From Solibacillus sp. (GTDB lineage Bacteria > Bacillota > Bacilli > Bacillales_A > Planococcaceae): 64,000 bases of DNA. The translations under genes and the position numbers were made by a program. Under the pieces are notes generated by a model. That model was not told where the DNA came from. It worked only from the letters and a program-made list of their open reading frames with translations, and did not search any database. Positions 1 through 10,189 of this stretch are shown here, in pieces. Each line of letters begins with the position of its first letter. Positions within the stretch are counted from its first letter, which is position 1. The DNA lies in NCBI GenBank assembly GCA_045617525.1, contig JAZLIT010000265.1, positions 7,247 through 71,246 on the forward strand, given 5' to 3'.

Positions 1-2164
1 ATGCAGCTTCAGGTTTTAATAAGCCTGCCATATCTTTAATCGCTAAAATATGAGCACCAGTAGCCTCTAACTCACGTGCCATATCGACGTAATACTGCGT
101 CGTATATTTCGCACGTGTCGGGTCTAAAATATCGCCTGTATAACAAATCGAAGCTTCTGCAATCTTGCCCGATTGGCGCGCAGCATCAATCGCTACTTCC
201 ATACCTTTAATCCAGTTTAGCGAGTCAAAAATACGGAACACATCAATTCCCTTGTCTGCAGATTCTTGAATAAAAGCACGAATTAAATTATCCGGATAAT
301 TTGTATAACCTACTGCATTGGCACCACGTAACAACATTTGGAATAACACATTCGGTACTTGCTTACGCAATTTCTCCAAACGCGCCCAAGGATCTTCCTT
401 AAGGAATCGGTAGGAAACATCAAATGTTGCACCGCCCCACATTTCAAGCGAGAAGAAATTGTGCATTGAACGCGACGTTTGATTCGCAATTTGAAACATA
501 TCTTGCGAACGTACACGTGTGGCTAATAATGATTGATGCGCATCTCTAAACGTTGTATCTGTTAACAGAACCTCTTGCTGCTCTTTAATCCAATCAACAA
601 GACCATCTGCTCCACGTTCATCTAGAATTTGTTTCGTGCCACTTAGCGGTGGTAATGTTAAATCAATTTTAGGCATTTTAGGTTGCGCAAATACCGGTTT
701 TGTTTTCTTTTCTACTCCTGGGAAGCCGTTTAGTGTAACATTCCCAATGTAATTTAGAAGTTTTGTGCCACGGTCAAGACGCTCCGTAAATTTAAAAAGT
801 TCCGGTGTTGAATCAATAAAACTCGTATCGAATGAACCCGATATGAAGTTTTCGTGTAGAACGACATTTTCAAGGAATGGGATATTTGTCTTTACACCAC
901 GAATACGGAATTCACGTAAATTTCGATCCATTTTTGCTGCTGCTTCTTCAAACGTCATGCCCCAAGTTGAAATTTTCACTAATAATGAATCGTAATATGG
1001 TGTTACAATTGCACCTTGGAATCCGTTTCCTGCATCTAATCGAACTCCAAAGCCACCGCTTGAACGGTAAACCATAAGCTTACCTGTGTCAGGCATAAAA
1101 TCATTTTTGGGATCCTCAGTCGTTACACGCGATTGAATCGCATATCCAAATAACGGAATATTTTCTTGCATTGGAATACTCACTTCAGGTGAATGTAGAC
1201 TGTAGCCTGCCGCAACTTTAATTTGAGCATGGACGATGTCAATACCTGTAATCATTTCCGTAATTGTATGTTCAACTTGAATACGTGGATTTACTTCGAT
1301 GAAATAAAATTCATCACCCGCCACTAAAAACTCCACTGTACCTGCATTTTTATAATTTACATTTTTCATTAATTTAACTGCGGCATCACAAATTCGATTT
1401 CGCAATTCATTTGATATTGAATTTGATGGTGCAATTTCAACTACCTTTTGATGGCGACGTTGAATTGAGCAATCGCGCTCATATAAGTGAACAATATTAC
1501 CTTCTGCATCACCTAAAATTTGCACTTCTATATGCTTTGGCTTAATAATACATTTTTCAACGTATACTTCATCTGATCCAAAGGCTGCCTTCGCTTCCGA
1601 TTTTGCACGCTCATAGCAACTTGCTAATTCACCTTTATGCGGAACCATTCGCATCCCGCGACCACCGCCACCTAACGACGCTTTGATCATAATTGGATAA
1701 CCAAATCTTTCACCGAACGCTTCTACCTCATCAAGAGATTGAACTGGACCATCTGTACCTGGAATAACTGGGATATCAGCAGCAATCGCTTGATTACGTG
1801 CCTTCACCTTATCCCCAAACATATCTAGATGTGCCGAAGTTGGGCCAATGAAAATAATACCTTCTTCCTCACATCGTCTTGCAAATTCCACATTCTCAGA
1901 TAAAAATCCATAGCCAGGATGGATTGCATCTACATTTGCTTCCTTTGCAATTTTCACGATATCTTCAATGTCTAAATATGCGTCAATTGGCTTTTTTCCA
2001 GCGCCGACTAAATATGCTTCATCCGCTTTATAACGATGATGGGCACCGCTATCTTCACGTGAATAAATCGAGACTGTCTTAATTCTCAACTCATTACATG
2101 CGCGGAAAATTCGTATTGCAATTTCACCCCTGTTTGCAACTAAAACCTTTTTAATTGTGTTCAT
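1..2164 (-). CDS. pyc: pyruvate carboxylase, N-terminal ~720 codons (3' end lies beyond the left window edge)
   Basis: Reverse complement from ATG 2162-2164 reads MNTIKKVLVANRGEIAIRIFRACNELRIKTVSIYSREDSGAHHRYKADEAYLVG (biotin carboxylase/ATP-grasp). It continues into the carboxyltransferase part (TFRDAHQSLLATRVR encoded near 511-555). The frame is open to position 1, so it is absent from the ORF track. Order ylaN-ftsW-pyc matches B. subtilis. Confidence 0.93.
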   Translation of the reverse strand, partial: MNTIKKVLVANRGEIAIRIFRACNELRIKTVSIYSREDSGAHHRYKADEAYLVGAGKKPIDAYLDIEDIVKIAKEANVDAIHPGYGFLSENVEFARRCEEEGIIFIGPTSAHLDMFGDKVKARNQAIAADIPVIPGTDGPVQSLDEVEAFGERFGYPIMIKASLGGGGRGMRMVPHKGELASCYERAKSEAKAAFGSDEVYVEKCIIKPKHIEVQILGDAEGNIVHLYERDCSIQRRHQKVVEIAPSNSISNELRNRICDAAVKLMKNVNYKNAGTVEFLVAGDEFYFIEVNPRIQVEHTITEMITGIDIVHAQIKVAAGYSLHSPEVSIPMQENIPLFGYAIQSRVTTEDPKNDFMPDTGKLMVYRSSGGFGVRLDAGNGFQGAIVTPYYDSLLVKISTWGMTFEEAAAKMDRNLREFRIRGVKTNIPFLENVVLHENFISGSFDTSFIDSTPELFKFTERLDRGTKLLNYIGNVTLNGFPGVEKKTKPVFAQPKMPKIDLTLPPLSGTKQILDERGADGLVDWIKEQQEVLLTDTTFRDAHQSLLATRVRSQDMFQIANQTSRSMHNFFSLEMWGGATFDVSYRFLKEDPWARLEKLRKQVPNVLFQMLLRGANAVGYTNYPDNLIRAFIQESADKGIDVFRIFDSLNWIKGMEVAIDAARQSGKIAEASICYTGDILDPTRAKYTTQYYVDMARELEATGAHILAIKDMAGLLKPEAA

Positions 2165-3356
2165 TTCCCCTTGACCCCCTAGTGCTTTTCTTTTCTATTT
2201 TGTAAAAAGTAGAGACATTGATTAATATCCCCATCGCTAAAGATAGTAAAAATATGGAAGTTCCGCCATAACTTATAAACGGAAGCGTCACACCAGTTAA
2301 AGGAATTAAGCCAGACATTCCGCCGACATTAACAAATGTTTGGAAACCAACCCAGGTAGCAATCCCTGCAGATAACATACGCGCCAATACATCTTTAGAC
2401 GTCGTAGCAATCCAAAACCCTTTTAAAACAATAAACCCAATACCACCAAGCGTCAAAATAACACCGATTAAACCCAATTCTTCAGCAATAATCGCCATTA
2501 TAAAATCGGTATGTGGATGAGGTAAATAACCTAGTTTTTGAATAGATTGCCCTAAACCGAGCCCTTCAATTCCCCCATTACCAATCGCATAATAACCATT
2601 AATAATTTGATTTCCTGATCCATCCGCATACTCAAAAGGATTACGGAATGACGTAAATCGGCCTAGACGACTATCATTAAAGATCGAATCATACTTCACT
2701 AGTAAAAGGACACCTAAAGCAAACATCCCGATACCGCCAACTACAGTAGAAAACTTAAGTAGGACTTTACCAGTCATACCACTGGCTAGCACTAATGAAA
2801 TGGCAATTACAAATAAAATCCCTACCGCACCTAAATCTGTTTCCATCCCCACTAAAATAATTATTAAAAGCCATATTAATACAGGCTCTGTAATATCATT
2901 TAGCTTTAAATTTTGAATTGAACCATTATTTTTACTTTTGTTATAAAATGAGCCAGCAAAATAGACAATAATAAAGAGTTTGGCATACTCTGACGGTTGG
3001 AATGTTCTCCCCCCGATTAATATCCAACTTTGCGAACCTGTAGCTGTAGCGCCTATCCCAAATAATGTTACCCATATTTCTAAAATAATCATTACAGCCA
3101 TTAAAATCGCTAGGAAGTACTTATTGCTTAAATTTCGATATGGAAATATTAATGCCAAAAAGAAAAATACAAAGCCAAGTTTTAAGTTAGTAAGCTGCTT
3201 TTGATAAAAATAATCTGGATTTTCCCCTTCGATCCGAATAGCTGTCATTTGACTTGCACTGTAGATCATCACTAGGCCAAATAAACTTAAAAATATGTAC
3301 ATAAAGAACAGTGAGTAATCCAAATTTCTAAATAATGATTTAAAATATCGTTTCAT
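2151..3356 (-). CDS. ftsW: SEDS-family peptidoglycan glycosyltransferase (FtsW/RodA/SpoVE family), FtsW by position
   Basis: Polytopic protein with SEDS C-terminal signature (GLIPLTGVTLPFISYGGTSIFLL). Start moved to ATG 3354-3356 (MKRYFKSLFRNLDYSLFFMY, GAAGG ~8 nt upstream) instead of track start 3395. Stop 2151-2153 overlaps the pyc start by 14 nt. Lies between ylaN and pyc. Confidence 0.85.
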   Translation of the reverse strand: MKRYFKSLFRNLDYSLFFMYIFLSLFGLVMIYSASQMTAIRIEGENPDYFYQKQLTNLKLGFVFFFLALIFPYRNLSNKYFLAILMAVMIILEIWVTLFGIGATATGSQSWILIGGRTFQPSEYAKLFIIVYFAGSFYNKSKNNGSIQNLKLNDITEPVLIWLLIIILVGMETDLGAVGILFVIAISLVLASGMTGKVLLKFSTVVGGIGMFALGVLLLVKYDSIFNDSRLGRFTSFRNPFEYADGSGNQIINGYYAIGNGGIEGLGLGQSIQKLGYLPHPHTDFIMAIIAEELGLIGVILTLGGIGFIVLKGFWIATTSKDVLARMLSAGIATWVGFQTFVNVGGMSGLIPLTGVTLPFISYGGTSIFLLSLAMGILINVSTFYKIEKKSTRGSRGNEHN

Positions 3357-3416
3357 TTCTTTACCTTCTTTGTAGAAAAAAAACCCAAACGCCAAATAGC
3401 TGTTTGAGTTTTTCTA

Positions 3417-3698
3417 TTATTTGTCTGTGTATACATCGTGTAGTAGTGATAATTCTTTTTCTAGTGAATCAAGAATTTTTTTCCCTTGCTCACGTTCAAG
3501 GAGACCAAGTTTCACGGCGAAATCAATTTCGCGTGATAAGCCGAACATTTGAGTATCCAATACTTCCTCATATAACGGACAAGACGGCATAGTCAAGTTA
3601 TCCATTTGCACTTTAATTAATCGTGCGATTTTATCTGCATCGGCATGTAAAAGCTGTAGTGCTTTTTCCTGAAAGGAAGCCTGTGATTTCGTATCCAT
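3417..3698 (-). CDS. ylaN: UPF0358 / YlaN-family small protein
   Basis: 93 aa, [53 protein letters not shown]. Recalled YlaN family pattern and synteny directly upstream of ftsW. Confidence 0.85.
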   Translation of the reverse strand: MDTKSQASFQEKALQLLHADADKIARLIKVQMDNLTMPSCPLYEEVLDTQMFGLSREIDFAVKLGLLEREQGKKILDSLEKELSLLHDVYTDK

Positions 3699-3878
3699 GA
3701 GGACGCCCCCATCATTTGATATTTCTTCGAATGTATCTTTATAAAGTTTATCTTTTCATCCAATAAATTGCAAGTGTCTTTATACGTATCCACTACTTTT
3801 CGATTATATTTATTTCTTATTTTACCTTGCAAACGTTATAATAGGATTTGAAATAGACGCAAGGAGGAAATACTTCAA

Positions 3879-4376
3879 ATGGAAACGATTATTACAATTA
3901 ATGGAGCAGTTACATATAAACTAACTTTAGATCCAACGGTTTGGATTTTTGACGACCGTAAATTAGATTTAACAACTTATTTTGAAGCAGAGAAAGCTAT
4001 AGCTGACGAAGAAAAATATTTGCGCGAAATGGGTAAACATTGGTCTCGTGAAATTATGGAAGGTGCGGTTTTCCCACCAACTTTAAAAACAGAGAGGAAA
4101 TTCGACCGTAAAGGAATGATGACCGGCACATTCGGTATCGAAATTAAACCATTCTTAATCAATGCAGAAATTTTAGACTCGGCTACTACCGTTGTATTTG
4201 AAACAACTGATGCACAAGAGCACCACTTCTCAATTGAAGAAGCAAAAACATTAATTTTCAAATTCAGCCATGAAGGAAAGCCTTTAACTGAAGACGGTCC
4301 TGTCCACATATTATTTGGGGATGGATCAAATCGTGAAAATCCAATTAAAAACATTAAATCGATTCGCGTCCAATAG
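3879..4376 (+). CDS. conserved hypothetical protein (165 aa), family not recognised
   Basis: Clean ORF with AAGGAGG about 8 nt upstream of the ATG. Followed 11 nt later by the ylaI-like gene. The antisense ORF 3977..4354 is discounted. Confidence 0.7.
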   Translation: METIITINGAVTYKLTLDPTVWIFDDRKLDLTTYFEAEKAIADEEKYLREMGKHWSREIMEGAVFPPTLKTERKFDRKGMMTGTFGIEIKPFLINAEILDSATTVVFETTDAQEHHFSIEEAKTLIFKFSHEGKPLTEDGPVHILFGDGSNRENPIKNIKSIRVQ

Positions 4377-4387
4377 GAGGTTGTAAA

Positions 4388-4591
4388 ATGCGTGTGAAAT
4401 GTGTAGTTTGTGACTCAATTCAAATGCTCGATGATGATTTACCTCTAGCAAAAAAATTGCGTAATCGCCCGATTCATACCTTTATGTGTGAAGAATGTAG
4501 TGGCCGAATTACGGAAAATACAGAAAAAAGGATCGCAACAGGAAAGTTCAATTTTTTCCGCACTTCTTCAAAGATTGACGAAGACTTTTAA
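4388..4591 (+). CDS. ylaI: YlaI-like small zinc-ribbon protein (DUF2197-like)
   Basis: 67 aa with two Cys pairs (CVVC ... CEEC) and LAKKLRNRPIHTFMCEEC, as recalled for B. subtilis YlaI. AGGAGG upstream. Confidence 0.75.
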   Translation: MRVKCVVCDSIQMLDDDLPLAKKLRNRPIHTFMCEECSGRITENTEKRIATGKFNFFRTSSKIDEDF

Positions 4592-4740
4592 TACCTAAAT
4601 TGAATAATCATGTTATTATGCATCTAGCACAAATCACCTTTCATATACTGGTTTTTAGACATTTCAAGTATATAAAAAAGAGTGATTTTGTGCCTTTTTT
4701 TATGCGTAAGTATGAAAAACCCAACAAATATAATAAAGTC

Positions 4741-4793
4741 AAAAATAAAAAATACCAAACAGTGAATTGTACAAGACAATTCACTGTTTGGTA
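4741..4793 (-). terminator. rho-independent terminator of the typA / ylaH-like unit
   Basis: Perfect 18-bp stem (taccaaacagtgaattgt / acaattcactgtttggta, loop acaag, 4753-4793). Followed on the minus strand by a U-run (plus-strand A-run 4741-4752). Confidence 0.85.
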
Positions 4794-4831
4794 CCCGGAG
4801 GCTGGATAATTTAATGTCCATGCCTCATTTT

Positions 4832-5254
4832 TTATATAACGTTACTACCTTCTTCGCGCTTTTCTCGCCATAGACGAGCTTTATACACGATTAGAATGAG
4901 CGCAGCAACCATTAACCCTTCCACAATAGGTAAGAAGAAAGCGAAAAACGTTAACATGATACATCCCAAAAATAAGAATGCATAAATTATCGAATTTTGC
5001 CATAAAGGTAATGATTTTGCAAAGCCTAATTTAAATACAATAGCTGAGAGGATAAAAATCAATGCAAGTAAGGTAAAACCCGCTAAAGAATAGCTGACTT
5101 CACCAGTACTCTCATCAATCGAGCCCAGCGCTTCATAAATATATCTAGAAATTCCTGACATTTTGCTTTTAACATACTCGTCATTAATTACAGTAGGTGC
5201 AGATGCTTGAATGAAATTCATAGAGCCCGTAAAAACAGACAACATGCTCAACAT
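4832..5254 (-). CDS. YlaH-like small membrane protein
   Basis: The C-terminal two-thirds (VFKLGFAKSLPLWQNSIIYAFLFLGCIMLTFFAFFLPIVEGLMVAALILIVYKARL) resembles recalled B. subtilis YlaH. GGAAGGA 7 nt upstream of the first ATG. Located directly downstream of typA. Confidence 0.7.
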   Translation of the reverse strand: MLSMLSVFTGSMNFIQASAPTVINDEYVKSKMSGISRYIYEALGSIDESTGEVSYSLAGFTLLALIFILSAIVFKLGFAKSLPLWQNSIIYAFLFLGCIMLTFFAFFLPIVEGLMVAALILIVYKARLWREKREEGSNVI

Positions 5255-5291
5255 TGCTCATTCCTTCCTCATTTAACTAAATTAGTTAAAA

Positions 5292-7133
5292 TCACTCAGC
5301 AGTTTTTTTCTTTTTAGCCATACGCTCACGTTCGTTTTTGTCTAAAATTTTCTTACGTAAACGGATTGACTCTGGAGTGATCTCTAGGTACTCATCGTCA
5401 CCTAGGTATTCTAATGCTTCTTCAAGCGTTAAGATACGAGGTTTTTTGATAACATTCGTTTGGTCTTTGTTAGCTGAACGGATGTTTGTTTTTTGTTTCA
5501 TTTTAACAACGTTTACTGTGATATCGCCGTCACGGTTATTTTCACCAACAACCATTCCTTCATAAATCTCAGTACCTGGCTCGATAAATAATGTACCACG
5601 GTCCTCGATACCCATCATACCGTAAGTTGTAGATTTACCAGTTTCCATAGAAACAAGTACGCCTTGGTGACGTCCGCCAACTTTACCAGTAACTACTGGT
5701 TGGTAAGAATCGAATGTATGGTTGATAATACCGAAACCTTTAGTGATAGACATGAACTCAGTAGAGTAACCAATTAAACCACGTGCTGGTACGTTGAAGA
5801 TTAAACGTACTTGGCCAGAACCATTGTTAATCATATCAATCATTTCACCTTTACGAGTACCGATTGATTCAATAATTGAACCTACAGAATCTTCAGGTAC
5901 ATCGATTTGAACGCGTTCGATTGGCTCACAACGTACGCCATCGATTTCACGGATGATTACTTGTGGTTTAGAAACTTGTAATTCAAAACCTTCACGACGC
6001 ATGTTTTCGATTAAGATCGATAAGTGAAGCTCACCACGACCAGAAACTGTCCATGCATCTGGAGAATCAGTATCTTCTACACGTAGAGATACGTCTGTTT
6101 GTAATTGTGCACGTAAACGCTCTTCAATTTTACGAGAAGTAACCCATTTACCTTCGCGACCTGCGAAAGGAGAGTTGTTTACTAAGAATGTCATTTGTAG
6201 AGTTGGCTCATCGATACGTAATGGTGTTAACGCATCTGGGTGCTCTATAGGACAAACTGTTTCACCAACGTTGATTTCTTCCATACCTGAAACGGCAATT
6301 AAGTCACCAGCTTTAGCTGATTCAATTTCTACACGCTTAAGGCCTAAGAAACCAAATAATTTTGTAACACGGTAGTTTTTAACTGTTCCGTCTAACTTCA
6401 TAAGAGAAACTTGTTGTCCTACTGTAATTGTTCCGCGGAATACGCGACCAATACCAATACGTCCAACGAAGTCATTATAGTCAAGTAAAGCTACTTGGAA
6501 TTGTAATGGTTCTTCAGAGTTATCAATTGGTGCTGGAATAGCTGAGATGATTGTTTCAAATAAGCTTGCCATGTTTTCTTCTTGTTTTGATGGATCTGAA
6601 TCTAAAGAAGAAGTACCGTTAACACCTGAAGCGTAAACTACTGGGAAATCTAATTGATCGTCTTCAGCACCAAGTTCGATGAATAATTCTAGTACTTCAT
6701 CTACTACTTCTAGTGGACGAGCTGAATCTTTATCAACTTTGTTAACTACAACGATTGGTATTAATTTTTGCTCTAACGCTTTTTTTAGTACGAAACGAGT
6801 TTGTGGCATACAACCTTCGTATGCATCTACAACTAAACAAACACCGTCAACCATTTTAAGGATACGTTCTACTTCTCCACCGAAATCGGCGTGTCCTGGA
6901 GTATCAAGGATGTTGATACGAGTATCTTTATAGTTTACTGCAGTTGTTTTAGCTAGGATTGTTATCCCGCGCTCACGTTCGATATCATTCGAGTCCATTG
7001 CACGTTCTTCAACGCGCTCATTTGAACGGAAAGTACCTGATTGTTTTAATAATTCGTCAACTAAAGTAGTTTTACCGTGATCGACGTGGGCGATAATTGC
7101 GATATTGCGTAAGTCTGAACGTAAATTTGTCAT
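5292..7133 (-). CDS. typA: translational GTPase TypA/BipA
   Basis: 613 aa, G1 [10 protein letters not shown]3 DTPGHADF, G4 NKVD, then EF-G-like domains. Full-length match to the TypA pattern. Confidence 0.97.
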   Translation of the reverse strand: MTNLRSDLRNIAIIAHVDHGKTTLVDELLKQSGTFRSNERVEERAMDSNDIERERGITILAKTTAVNYKDTRINILDTPGHADFGGEVERILKMVDGVCLVVDAYEGCMPQTRFVLKKALEQKLIPIVVVNKVDKDSARPLEVVDEVLELFIELGAEDDQLDFPVVYASGVNGTSSLDSDPSKQEENMASLFETIISAIPAPIDNSEEPLQFQVALLDYNDFVGRIGIGRVFRGTITVGQQVSLMKLDGTVKNYRVTKLFGFLGLKRVEIESAKAGDLIAVSGMEEINVGETVCPIEHPDALTPLRIDEPTLQMTFLVNNSPFAGREGKWVTSRKIEERLRAQLQTDVSLRVEDTDSPDAWTVSGRGELHLSILIENMRREGFELQVSKPQVIIREIDGVRCEPIERVQIDVPEDSVGSIIESIGTRKGEMIDMINNGSGQVRLIFNVPARGLIGYSTEFMSITKGFGIINHTFDSYQPVVTGKVGGRHQGVLVSMETGKSTTYGMMGIEDRGTLFIEPGTEIYEGMVVGENNRDGDITVNVVKMKQKTNIRSANKDQTNVIKKPRILTLEEALEYLGDDEYLEITPESIRLRKKILDKNERERMAKKKKTAE

Positions 7134-7264
7134 TATTCCACTCCATATTCTTTTTTCATATGTTTAACTGTGATATTATATCACAAGAAAGATTAAATGT
7201 CTTTTTTGAAAGTTTATATTTCTTAATATCCTATAGATTTATCTTTCAAAAATAAGGAGGAATA

Positions 7265-7483
7265 GTGTTGAACAAAGCAAAATTGGTGATGTTCATTTAC
7301 GCATTAGCTGCAATTATGTCAATGTTGGGAATTGGTATTTCTGTTGCAGTAGTAGGTGCTACAGGTGATAAATATAACCTAGTAGGTATTCTTGGTATCA
7401 TTTTATGTACCATAGCAATGTGTGTTATCTTTATGATGGGCTTTATCACAAAAAAGAAATTCCAAAAGCAAGGTTTACTTTAA
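7265..7483 (+). CDS. small two-TM membrane protein (YlaF/DUF5325-like)
   Basis: GTG start 7265 with AAGGAGG at 7254-7260. 72 aa, two hydrophobic helices and a basic tail (KKKFQKQGLL). Followed by a terminator. Confidence 0.65.
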   Translation: MLNKAKLVMFIYALAAIMSMLGIGISVAVVGATGDKYNLVGILGIILCTIAMCVIFMMGFITKKKFQKQGLL

Positions 7484-7496
7484 TTCAATAAAAAAT

Positions 7497-7540
7497 GGAT
7501 GCAATCTTCGTCTTTTGACTTAGGATGCATCCGTTTTTTA
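7497..7540 (+). terminator. putative rho-independent terminator
   Basis: ggatgca (7497-7503) pairs with tgcatcc (7526-7532), followed by gtttttta. The loop is large, so confidence is moderate. Confidence 0.5.
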
Positions 7541-7565
7541 TTTAATTTAATTCTATAACCCATGA

Positions 7566-8360
7566 TTATTTCTTTTCCTCTATATAGTCGTCTAATAATT
7601 GTTGGTGAATATATGGATTTGCAATTAAAAATGTATCCGTCGATAAAAAATCAAAGTAATCACCTTTTAGATTCGTCGCAATCGCACCAACTTCTTTGGC
7701 GATAATCGTCCCCCCACCAATGTCCCAAGGTGCTAAACGCATCGAAATATAAGCATCTAATTTGCCCGTTACAACAAAAGCAATTTCCATCGCAGCAGAT
7801 CCGTATGAACGTGTGCCACGTACTGTTCGAATTAATTCAATTAATTTTTCATGATTTACTTTTTCATTTGGTGTAACCCAGCTTGCATTAATTCCAATAA
7901 CCGCTTCTTCAAGCTTTAGAGGTTCTAATTTACGTAAGGGTGAGTCGTTATACCAAGCACCTTTGCCCTCAATTGCATAAAATAAATCTTCCCGCATTAC
8001 ATCAAAAATGTACCCCAATTTACCGATTCCATCTTCAAAAATACCGATAGAAATCATAAAGTGACGATGCTGCTTCACAAAATTCATCGTTCCATCAATC
8101 GGATCGATAATCCAGACAATGCCTTCTAGCTGTTCTACCTTTTCACCCATCCCTTCTTCACCTAAAATACGGTGTTCAGGATTACGTGTTTTGATTTTAT
8201 CGATGAAAAACAGTTCCGTTTCTCGGTCAATATTCGTCACTAAATCATTTGCATTTGACTTCGTCTCCACCTGCAGGTCATAGGAGAAGGAATCTCGTAT
8301 TCTTATACCAGCTTCTCGAATTATTTCTTTCGCAAACTGATCAATTTCTTCTATATTCAT
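7566..8360 (-). CDS. suhB: inositol monophosphatase family protein (SuhB/YktC-like)
   Basis: IMPase motifs (ILGEEG, WIIDPIDGT, WDIGGG). Start placed at ATG 8358-8360 (MNIEEIDQFAKEI) rather than track start 8408. Synteny with yktA/yktB. Confidence 0.85.
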   Translation of the reverse strand: MNIEEIDQFAKEIIREAGIRIRDSFSYDLQVETKSNANDLVTNIDRETELFFIDKIKTRNPEHRILGEEGMGEKVEQLEGIVWIIDPIDGTMNFVKQHRHFMISIGIFEDGIGKLGYIFDVMREDLFYAIEGKGAWYNDSPLRKLEPLKLEEAVIGINASWVTPNEKVNHEKLIELIRTVRGTRSYGSAAMEIAFVVTGKLDAYISMRLAPWDIGGGTIIAKEVGAIATNLKGDYFDFLSTDTFLIANPYIHQQLLDDYIEEKK

Positions 8361-8497
8361 CCCATTCACCCCATTAGCACGTTTAGTATTTATGTATAAA
8401 TTTAACACATATAAACAAGAAATTTGTAAAAAATATAATTATTTTTTTTGATTCTTTTTAATCCCGCAACTATTCAGGATAGTATTAGTGAATACGT

Positions 8498-8536
8498 AAA
8501 AAAACACTTGCAGCTTATATGCAAGCGTTTTTATTT
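8498..8536 (-). terminator. rho-independent terminator (A-run/T-run on both sides)
   Basis: cttgca (8507-8512) / tgcaag (8520-8525) stem with flanking extra pairs. U-run on the minus strand (plus A-run 8498-8504) and T-run 8528-8536 on plus. Confidence 0.6.
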
Positions 8537-8552
8537 TGGCTTTAAAGAAAGA

Positions 8553-8750
8553 CTATACATACACCTTTAAACCATCAAGTTCTTGATTAATCTCAATTAG
8601 CCGTTTTTTAGATTTACTTATTTCAATTTCATTTTTTTCTTCCATTGCACTATATAAGGATGCAAGTTCATAATCGAGCTCTAGTTGCAGGATAAGTTCA
8701 TATTGCTTTTCAATATCAACTTTTCGTATTATTTTAATCATCTGTCTCAT
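8553..8750 (-). CDS. small helical hypothetical protein (occupies the ykzI position)
   Basis: 65 aa from ATG 8748-8750 (GGAG 9 nt upstream; track start 8756 is a TTG too close to the RBS). Charged, coiled-coil-like sequence. No family recognised. Confidence 0.5.
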   Translation of the reverse strand: MRQMIKIIRKVDIEKQYELILQLELDYELASLYSAMEEKNEIEISKSKKRLIEINQELDGLKVYV

Positions 8751-8875
8751 AATCAATCACTCCTTTTTACTTGATATACTTCTTCACAAGAGAGAAAATG
8801 TGAGAAGAGTAGTAGTTAGAATCTTTTTCCCATCTTCTTCTCATAATAAACATTTTAATCGAAAGGAATTACAAA

Positions 8876-9505
8876 ATGAATACTACTAAATGGACTACTG
8901 ATGACTTCCGAGTTTTCGAAATTGACGGATTAGACGAGCGAATGGATGCACTCACTAGTCAAATACGACCAAAATTTCATCAATTAGGGGATTACTTCTC
9001 CGCTTACTTCAGCGCAAAAACTGGAGATGAATTTTACCCTCATGTTGCTAAACACGCGCGCCGTACCGTTAACCCCCCAAAAGATTCATGGGTGGCTTTT
9101 GCACCATATAAAAGAGGCTATAAAGCATTACCTCATTTCCAAATCGGATTATGGGGCAGCCACCTATTTATCGTGCTAGCCGTTATTTACGAGGCACCTA
9201 ATAAAACCGAAATGGCCGAACGTTTACTGCAAAATACTTCTTTATTTGAAACATTAAATAGTAGCTATAGTATTTCCGGCGACCACATGGCCCCAACTTA
9301 CCACTCACTAACTGATAACGAACCTTCAGAAACATTAGAAAAAATGCTGATTCGTTTAAGAGATGTTAAAAAAGGTGAATTTTTAGTTGGTCGCTTTATT
9401 CCTGCCGAAGAAGCTGTTCAAATGGACCATCAACAATTTATGTCTCTAGCTGAAGATACATTTAGCACAATCTTACCTATTTACAATGTCATGACAAATA
9501 AATAA
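8876..9505 (+). CDS. yktB: UPF0637 / YktB family protein (DUF1054)
   Basis: 209 aa, MNTTKWTTDDFRVFEIDGLDERMDALTSQIRPKFHQLGDYF. Matches the recalled YktB family N-terminus, with supporting synteny. Confidence 0.85.
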   Translation: MNTTKWTTDDFRVFEIDGLDERMDALTSQIRPKFHQLGDYFSAYFSAKTGDEFYPHVAKHARRTVNPPKDSWVAFAPYKRGYKALPHFQIGLWGSHLFIVLAVIYEAPNKTEMAERLLQNTSLFETLNSSYSISGDHMAPTYHSLTDNEPSETLEKMLIRLRDVKKGEFLVGRFIPAEEAVQMDHQQFMSLAEDTFSTILPIYNVMTNK

Positions 9506-9644
9506 CCCCAATACTATTAATATGCACATCCAACTAATATTCATTCCTTAAAAAAACAAAGTTATAAAGCAAATTTTATGATTTAACTATCTGCTATTCT
9601 TTTTGAACTTAGAATTTAAAATTTTATATCCTTTTTGGGAAATC

Positions 9645-9684
9645 AAACACCCCCCATTCACATGAATGGGGGGTGTTTATTTTA
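9645..9684 (+). terminator. rho-independent terminator between yktB and yktA
   Basis: aaacaccccccattca / tgaatggggggtgttt stem followed by attttac. Confidence 0.8.
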
Positions 9685-9690
9685 CGCGTT

Positions 9691-9963
9691 TTATTTAATG
9701 CGAATTATTTTGCCCTCAGCAAGTTCCTTCGCCAATTTCACGGCTTTAAAAGCAACATAACCACTGACTTCCTCAAATTCACGGCAAATTGTTTTTTCTT
9801 CTGCCTGAGATGGTACTACTGCTTTAAATAAACGATATTTCTCCATAAATACTTCTCGCTTAATACCCTTCTCATAAGCTGCTTCTACCGCTTCGAAAAA
9901 ATGTACTACATCGACCATTTCTTTTGTCGACCAATCTGTTGATAAAGGATATGAATATTCCAT
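9691..9963 (-). CDS. yktA: UPF0223 / YktA family protein
   Basis: 90 aa, MEYSYPLSTDWSTKEMVDVVHFFEAVEAAYEKGI. Recalled UPF0223 pattern. Adjacent to speA as in B. subtilis. Confidence 0.85.
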   Translation of the reverse strand: MEYSYPLSTDWSTKEMVDVVHFFEAVEAAYEKGIKREVFMEKYRLFKAVVPSQAEEKTICREFEEVSGYVAFKAVKLAKELAEGKIIRIK

Positions 9964-10189
9964 TTTAAAAAAACCACCTTTTTAATAACTTTTCTTATTT
10001 TACTCGTAAATCGAATACAGATGCAACCATAGTGCCATTTCTACGTTTCTTAAAAAAAATCAAAAAACCCAAAAAGTGAATACACTAATTCGTATATTCT
10101 TACTTCTCTGAAAATTATGTAGTAACGCATGTCTAATAATGCTATAATTCATTTGTTTTAAAAATTAAATAAGTGAGGTGGTACCTGCG

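Noticed and set aside
310-2082. ORF-track entries 310..516(-), 765..995(+), 877..1077(+), 1879..2082(+)
   Set aside because: All lie inside the pyruvate carboxylase reading frame or antisense to it. That frame is open and clearly homologous across 1..2164. They have no RBS and low-complexity or odd composition.
2151-2164. 14-nt overlap of the ftsW stop with the pyc start
   Set aside because: This is an ordinary translational-coupling overlap, not a frameshift or fusion. Both proteins are full-length and recognisable.
4600-4821. 69-aa (+) and 65-aa (-) ORFs between ylaI and the ylaH-like gene
   Set aside because: They span an AT-rich intergenic region dominated by the 18-bp-stem terminator. 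They have no RBS and lysine/phenylalanine-rich junk composition.
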